A DNA stretch of 64,000 bases, taken from assembly GCA_026397015.1 (NCBI GenBank), contig JAPLVR010000003.1, positions 224,001-288,000 of the forward strand. The letters run 5' to 3'. The translations under genes and the position numbers were made by a program. The stretch is from Candidatus Iainarchaeum sp. Lineage in GTDB: Archaea > Iainarchaeota > Iainarchaeia > Iainarchaeales > JAAZKV01. The stretch's first letter is position 1, and every line of letters starts with the position of its first letter. The notes under the pieces are model-generated. The model saw nothing but the letters and a program-made list of their open reading frames with translations. It had not been told where the DNA came from and did not search any database. Below, piece after piece: positions 58,741-64,000 of the stretch.

Positions 58741-60504
58741 ATGATAAGGCAGCCGATAATAACTGTGTTGGGTCATGTCGACCATGGAAAAACGAGCCTC
58801 CTTGACGCGATAAGGAACACGGCGGTGGCTTCGAGGGAGGCGGGGGCGATAACGCAACACATAGGCGCAACGGAAGTTCCATTAAAGGCAATAATGAAAA
58901 CTGCCGGTCCGCTCATAAAAAAATTTGGATTCGATTTGAAAATTCCGGGGCTGCTTTTTGTAGATACCCCGGGGCACGAGGCATTTACAAACCTGCGAAA
59001 ACGCGGAGGAAAAATTGCGGATTTGGCGGTACTAACGATTGATGCCACGCAGGGGCTGCAGAAACAAACAATCGAAGCAATCGAAATTCTGCGGGAATAC
59101 AAGGTTCCTTTCATAATTGCGATGAACAAAATCGATTTGCTGAATTTTTATTCCTCAAAAGAAGGAAGTTTTTTGGAAAATTTTTCAACCCAAAACGAGA
59201 ACACGAAAAAACTTATGGAAGAAAAGCTTTACACCCTCGTCGGACAACTGTACAAGCACGGGTTCGAGGGCGAAAGGTTCGACAGGTGCGAATTCGGAAA
59301 ACAAATACCAATCGTGCCGTGTTCGGCGGAAACAAAGGAAGGGATTCCTGAAATCCTGACTCTGCTTGCCGGGCTTTCACAAAAGTATTTGGCAAAACAG
59401 CTGGAAATAAGCGAAGGTGAGAGGGGAGAGGCGGCGGTGCTGGAAGAGAAAGAAGAGAAGGGGCTTGGAAAAACAATCGATGTTATTCTTTACAAGGGAA
59501 CGCTAAGCGTGAATGACCCGATTGCTGTTGTAGGAAAAAACGGGGTAATTGAAACCAAGATAAGGGCACTGCTGCAGCCAAAACCGTTGCAGGAAATAAG
59601 GAACACTAACGAAAAATTTAACTCCGTGAAAAAGGTTTTCGCCGCAACAGGGGTAAAAATTGCCGCGCCAAATCTTGAAGGAATTGTTGCTGGAACAACG
59701 CTTCTTGTCGAGGCGACTGGAAACGAAAAACGGGAACTGGAAAACGAAATGGAAAGCATAAAGATTGATTCCACGAACAAGGGAATAATTTTAAAGGCGG
59801 ACGCGATAGGGTCTCTTGAAGCGCTCATCGGGCTTTTGAAAAAAGAGGGAATACCGATAAGAAAAGCCGATATCGGAAATGTAAACAGAAAAGATGTGAT
59901 GGAAGCGTCGTCTCTTTTGGAAGAAGAAAAAACGCTTGCATGCATTCTGGCTTTCAATGTCGAAGTGGAAAAAGAAGCCGGAAAAGAAGCGGAAAAAAAT
60001 GGGGTTCAGCTTTTCGATGAGAAGGTGATTTACAAACTTTTGGATGATTACAAGGAATGGTCCGAGAAAACGAAACGCGCTGCAAAGGAGCAAAAGCTTT
60101 CCTGCCTAGTGATGCCCGTTGAGTTCGAAGTGCTGCGCGGAAACATTTTCAGGAACACGAAGCCGGCAATCGTCGGAGTAAAAATTCTTGGCGGAAAACT
60201 GCGCGAAGGCTGGAAGGTCATGAACAAAGAGGGAAAAATAATCGGCAAGGTAGAAGGAATGCAAAAAAATTCAAAAAGCGTAAAGGAAGGAGCCAAGGGG
60301 GATGAGATAGCGGTGTCAATAAGAGGCGCCAATGTCGGAAGAAATCTTTTCGAAGGCGACCACCTATTCTCATGCATACCTGAAAGCCATTACTGTGAAT
60401 TGCAGTGCTGCCTGGAAGATCTTTCGGAAGAGGAAAAATCCCTGCTTGAAAAAATAAAAGAAAAACAATTAAACTTAGGACAAAATAAGGAGGAAGCAGC
60501 ATGA
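58741..60504 (+). CDS. infB: Translation initiation factor aIF5B (IF-2)
   Basis: IRQPI..VLGHVDHGKTSLLD, EAGAITQHIGA, DTPGHEAF.NLR.RGG, NKID. No intein. Confidence 0.97.
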   Translation: MIRQPIITVLGHVDHGKTSLLDAIRNTAVASREAGAITQHIGATEVPLKAIMKTAGPLIKKFGFDLKIPGLLFVDTPGHEAFTNLRKRGGKIADLAVLTIDATQGLQKQTIEAIEILREYKVPFIIAMNKIDLLNFYSSKEGSFLENFSTQNENTKKLMEEKLYTLVGQLYKHGFEGERFDRCEFGKQIPIVPCSAETKEGIPEILTLLAGLSQKYLAKQLEISEGERGEAAVLEEKEEKGLGKTIDVILYKGTLSVNDPIAVVGKNGVIETKIRALLQPKPLQEIRNTNEKFNSVKKVFAATGVKIAAPNLEGIVAGTTLLVEATGNEKRELENEMESIKIDSTNKGIILKADAIGSLEALIGLLKKEGIPIRKADIGNVNRKDVMEASSLLEEEKTLACILAFNVEVEKEAGKEAEKNGVQLFDEKVIYKLLDDYKEWSEKTKRAAKEQKLSCLVMPVEFEVLRGNIFRNTKPAIVGVKILGGKLREGWKVMNKEGKIIGKVEGMQKNSKSVKEGAKGDEIAVSIRGANVGRNLFEGDHLFSCIPESHYCELQCCLEDLSEEEKSLLEKIKEKQLNLGQNKEEAA

Positions 60505-60977
60505 AATTCGTTGTAAGCGAGCCAAAAACGAGAAAGGCATACAGCATGAACTCGGACAAAATAACTTTTGCCGGAAAAAAAATCGGCGAAGTGATAAAAT
60601 TGGACGAGGTCGGGCTGCCCGGCTATGAAGGAAAAATAACCGGCGGAAGCGACAAACAGGGATTCCCGATGAACAAATCCGTTCAAGGGGCCATGAGAAA
60701 AAAAATATTCACAGGAAACGGAGTAGGCTTCAATGCCGAAAGAAAAGGCGAGCGAAAAAGGGTTTCAGTGAGGGGCAACACAGTAAGCGAAGAAACTGCA
60801 CAGGTAAATCTAGTGGTGACAAAAGTTGGCTCTGTTGAACTGGACAAAATTCTGGCAAAGGGCGCTCCAAAAGAAGAGGATACACTAACTGCAAAAGAAA
60901 GGGCTGTAAAAACAAGCCTCGAAATGGCCGGCAGTGCTGAACTCGGAGCCGCACCGAAAAAAACAGGCAGGCACTAA
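60501..60977 (+). CDS. rps6e: Ribosomal protein eS6
   Basis: GKKIG, ITGGSDK.GFPM, GERKR..VRGN. Confidence 0.96.
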   Translation: MKFVVSEPKTRKAYSMNSDKITFAGKKIGEVIKLDEVGLPGYEGKITGGSDKQGFPMNKSVQGAMRKKIFTGNGVGFNAERKGERKRVSVRGNTVSEETAQVNLVVTKVGSVELDKILAKGAPKEEDTLTAKERAVKTSLEMAGSAELGAAPKKTGRH

Positions 60978-61008
60978 AAATAGTTCGAAAGAATTTGGGT
61001 TTGTTTTC

Positions 61009-61094
61009 GCGCTTCAGCGCTTGAAAACGGAAGCCAGGAGGCTTCATCCGTCGCCTAAGGCGACGGTTTTCGCCGGCCTTTTGTCAAAAGGCCG
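61009..61094 (+). repeat. Hairpin array ending in a REP-like copy, directly before the aIF2gamma SD
   Basis: GCGCT/AGCGC, GAAGCC/GGCTTC and CCGTCGCC/GGCGACGG hairpins, then TTTTCGCCGGCCTTTTGTCAAAAGGCCG (61067-61094). Confidence 0.8.
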
Positions 61095-61104
61095 AGGTGG
61101 AACT

Positions 61105-62394
61105 ATGCAAAAAAAAGAAAAAACTGGGAAGGCGAAAGAAAAGAAGCCGAGGGCGGCGCACGCGAAAGCACTAAAAAAAATAAAAGCGCACGCGCATAAA
61201 GAGAAACACAATAAAGGGGCGGCCGCACAGCCGGAAATAAATATCGGCATGATAGGCCACGTTGACCACGGCAAAACCTCGCTCACCAAGGCGCTCACCG
61301 GAAAGTGGTGCGACACGCACAGCGAAGAAATGAAGAGGGGAATTTCAATAAGGCTTGGATACGCCGACACCACTTTTTACAAACTCAAAACGAATAACGG
61401 AATAATTTACAGCAATGACAAAAGCAAGGGAACGGTGATGAGCGAGAGATTGGTTTCTTTTGTTGATGCGCCAGGACACGAAACCCTTATGACGACAATG
61501 CTGAGCGGAGCTGTATTGATGAATGGGGCGGTGCTTGTAATAGCGGCAAACGAAATATGCCCGCAACCGAGAACAGTCGAACATCTGATGGCACTTAAAT
61601 TTGCCGGCGTCGAAAAAATTGTGGTGGCACAAAACAAAGTTGATTTGGTGGATGCGGAGAAGGCAAAACAACAACAGGGAGAAATAAAAAAATTTTTGAA
61701 AGAATACGGGTATGAAAACGCGCCGATAATTCCGACTGTTGCAAATTTCGGGACAAATATTGATTACCTTATAGAGGCGATTGAAACGCACATCCCTACG
61801 CCGAAATATGAGTTGCACAAGGGGCTGAAAATGTTTATTGCAAGAAGCTTTGACATCAACAGGCCTGGAACAAAAGTCAAGGAAATGAAGGGCGCTGTTG
61901 TCGGCGGAAGCATAACACAGGGAAAAATAAAATTAGGCGATGAGGTCCAACTGTACCCGGGCATCAAGGGAAAAACAATAACAAAAGTTATAAGTCTTGC
62001 AACCGATTCTGGAATGCTGAATGAAGCCGTTCCGGGCGGACTTATTGCGGTTGGGACTGAAATTGATCCGAGCATAGGGCAGAATGACAGGTTGAGAGGG
62101 CAAATAATCGGAAAGCCCGGTTCGATGCCTGAACCGACAAAAGTTGTTTTATTGAAATTAAATCCTTTTGAAAGAGCCGTCGCAATCGACCAAAAGGCGG
62201 AGATAAGAAGCAACGACATAATTGTTTTGACAATCGGAACAAATACCGCAATCGGAACGGCGGCGCAAAGTGCTGGCGGGAAAGTTATTGTTTCTTTGAA
62301 GAACGAAGTGGTTGCGGAGAAGGGAGAAAAAGTTGCGGTGAGCAAGAACTTAAATAACCAATGGAGGCTAGTGGCGTATGGGGAGGTCTTGTAA
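61105..62394 (+). CDS. eif2g: Translation initiation factor aIF2 gamma subunit
   Basis: [53 protein letters not shown]; GAGGTGG SD before ATG 61105. Confidence 0.97.
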   Translation: MQKKEKTGKAKEKKPRAAHAKALKKIKAHAHKEKHNKGAAAQPEINIGMIGHVDHGKTSLTKALTGKWCDTHSEEMKRGISIRLGYADTTFYKLKTNNGIIYSNDKSKGTVMSERLVSFVDAPGHETLMTTMLSGAVLMNGAVLVIAANEICPQPRTVEHLMALKFAGVEKIVVAQNKVDLVDAEKAKQQQGEIKKFLKEYGYENAPIIPTVANFGTNIDYLIEAIETHIPTPKYELHKGLKMFIARSFDINRPGTKVKEMKGAVVGGSITQGKIKLGDEVQLYPGIKGKTITKVISLATDSGMLNEAVPGGLIAVGTEIDPSIGQNDRLRGQIIGKPGSMPEPTKVVLLKLNPFERAVAIDQKAEIRSNDIIVLTIGTNTAIGTAAQSAGGKVIVSLKNEVVAEKGEKVAVSKNLNNQWRLVAYGEVL

Positions 62395-62770
62395 GGTTTT
62401 ATTGGACACAAATTTTCTCCTCGGCATCGCAAGGCTAAAAATCGATGTTTTCGGGGAAATAAAAAACAAATTTTCGGAAAACGGGGTTGAAACGGAATTT
62501 TTTGTGCTTGGCGGCGTAATGGATGAATTGAAAAAATTGGGTGCGAATAAAACGCTGGAAAAGGGGGCAAAAATAGCAAAAAAATTGCTTGATGGGAACG
62601 GCGCAAAGGTGTTGGACGACAAGGGCGATGTGGACACATTATTAGCCGAAAAAAGCCCGGAATACTGGATCGCAACCAACGATAGTGCACTTAGAAAAAA
62701 GATAAAAAGCTTTGGAGGAAGAACCATATACATCAGAAAAAGGTCTTTTGTCGAAATAGATGGCATTTAA
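62378..62770 (+). CDS. PIN-domain protein (Fcf1/Utp24-like)
   Basis: LLDTNFL, V..EL..L, D.., ATND..LR; conserved position after aIF2gamma. Confidence 0.92.
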   Translation: MGRSCKVLLDTNFLLGIARLKIDVFGEIKNKFSENGVETEFFVLGGVMDELKKLGANKTLEKGAKIAKKLLDGNGAKVLDDKGDVDTLLAEKSPEYWIATNDSALRKKIKSFGGRTIYIRKRSFVEIDGI

Positions 62771-62866
62771 ATCACTGATGTTTTTAAAGTTTTTCAGAGT
62801 TTAATTTGTTGTTTAATTGGTTGTTTTTATTATTTGAAAAATTGTTTCGAAGCGAAAGGTGAGCAA

Positions 62867-63511
62867 ATGTACTACAAAACAAAAATAATTGATAAGGTGA
62901 GGGTCCCTCCAAAAAATCTTGGGGCGAAAATAAAGGAATCAATACTGGGAATATGCAAGGAAGATTACGAAGGAAGAATAAATGACGAATATGGAATAAT
63001 CGTTGCCATAACGGGAATAGGCAAAGTTGGGGACGGGCACGTAATACCCGGAGACGGCGCGGTTTATTATGAAACTGAGATAGAAATGCTGACATACAAG
63101 CCGCACATACAGGAAATCACAAGAGGAGTTATAACTGAAGTAACCGAGTTCGGCGCATTTGCAAGAATCGGGCCGATTGAAGGATTGATACACGTGAGCC
63201 AAATAATGGACGATTACATAAATTATGACGCGAAGCTGCCGGGATTTGTCGGAAAGAAAACCGGAAAAAAACTTGTCGGAGAGGATTCGGTGCTGACCAG
63301 GGTCGTAACAATTTCAATGAAGGGGCACACGCCAAGCTCCAAAATAGGATTGACAATGAGGCAGCCTTTCCTCGGAAAACCGGAATGGGAAAAAATTGAT
63401 GATAAGCTTGCAAAATCTATAAAGGATGAGAAGGGAAAGAAAGGAAAGGCGCCTGTTGTGGAAAAAGCCGAGAAGGCGAAGAAAAAAGAAAAAGAGGCCG
63501 AAAAGAAATGA
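62867..63511 (+). CDS. rpoE1: RNA polymerase subunit Rpo7 (E')
   Basis: VRVPP, GDGAVY, FGAF..IGP.EGL.H.SQI.DD, IGLTMRQP.LGK.EW. Confidence 0.96.
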   Translation: MYYKTKIIDKVRVPPKNLGAKIKESILGICKEDYEGRINDEYGIIVAITGIGKVGDGHVIPGDGAVYYETEIEMLTYKPHIQEITRGVITEVTEFGAFARIGPIEGLIHVSQIMDDYINYDAKLPGFVGKKTGKKLVGEDSVLTRVVTISMKGHTPSSKIGLTMRQPFLGKPEWEKIDDKLAKSIKDEKGKKGKAPVVEKAEKAKKKEKEAEKK

Positions 63512-63702
63512 TAAAAGAGAAGGCGTGCAGAACATGCAGATTCATTGTTGAAGATGCGAAGGTTTGCCCAAACTGCGGCGGAAACACCTTCACAACATTC
63601 TGGAGAGGGTATATAGTAATAACAAAACCTGAAGAATCGGAGATAGCAAAAAAAATGGGAATAACAAAACCAGGCAAATTTGCCCTGAGGCTCAGCAGGT
63701 AA
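63508..63702 (+). CDS. spt4: Transcription elongation factor Spt4 (RpoE'')
   Basis: ACR.C, CP.CG, W.GY..I..PE.S.IA, PG.FAL. Confidence 0.96.
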   Translation: MIKEKACRTCRFIVEDAKVCPNCGGNTFTTFWRGYIVITKPEESEIAKKMGITKPGKFALRLSR

Positions 63703-63805
63703 AAAAAAATTGTGCAAAAAAAGCTGGAAAAAATAAAAAAGGAAATTTAGGGAAAACAAAAAATGAAATTTAGGAAAAATAAAAAAGAACTTAAAGGTGT
63801 GAAAA

Positions 63806-64000
63806 ATGAAATTGGATATAAAAACAAACAACAGGAATGAAACGCTGAAGAGAAACGAGGTGACGGTTGAAACCGAAGAAAAAGTAACCCCCTCAAGGGC
63901 CGCGCTCAGGGAAAAACTTTCGGCCGTTTTGAATGCTCCGCAGGAAAAAATAATTATCGACAAAATAGAAACAAAATTCGGGAGCCCGAAGGCAACTATT
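63806..64000 (+). CDS. rps24e: Ribosomal protein eS24 (truncated by the window end)
   Basis: Manual translation: MKLDIKTNNRNETLKRNEV...TPSRAALREKLSA.LNA..EKIIIDKIETKFG. Confidence 0.9.
   Translation, partial: MKLDIKTNNRNETLKRNEVTVETEEKVTPSRAALREKLSAVLNAPQEKIIIDKIETKFGSPKATI

Overview
Archaeal chromosomal window, probably from a reduced DPANN-type lineage (possibly Iainarchaeota/Diapherotrites; this is an inference from gene content, not a database match). Most of it is the information-processing core: rpoH-B''-B'-A'-A''-L30e-nusA-S12-S7-EF2-EF1A-S10-archease-rtcB; the L3 to secY to S13-S4-S11-rpoD-tRNA(Leu)-L18e-L13-S9-rpoN-S2 superoperon; gltX; and the L7Ae-S28e-L24e-aIF5B-S6e-aIF2gamma-PIN-rpoE-spt4-S24e cluster. 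Accessory parts are a U32 / minimal [FeFe]-hydrogenase-like / radical SAM-SPASM operon, two MacB/FtsX-type permeases, several large Cys-rich surface proteins and a foreign-looking CAP gene. The most notable signals not explained by the ORF track are: (1) a family of palindromic REP-like repeats (TTTTCGCCAGCCTTTTT-nnn-AAAAAGGCTG), with a ~100-nt composite form found both between EF2 and EF1A and, inverted, as most of the 132-nt intron of tRNA-Leu(UAA); (2) a ~150-bp TIR/TSD-bounded structured element upstream of rpoH; (3) long structured leaders upstream of L30e, L3 and L7Ae; (4) a uS12 with substitutions in both strongly conserved decoding loops; (5) absence of four kinase genes from their usual slots in the ribosomal operons; and (6) A-rich spacers and Lys/Glu-rich protein extensions. 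All structures were derived by eye; start codons are best estimates.
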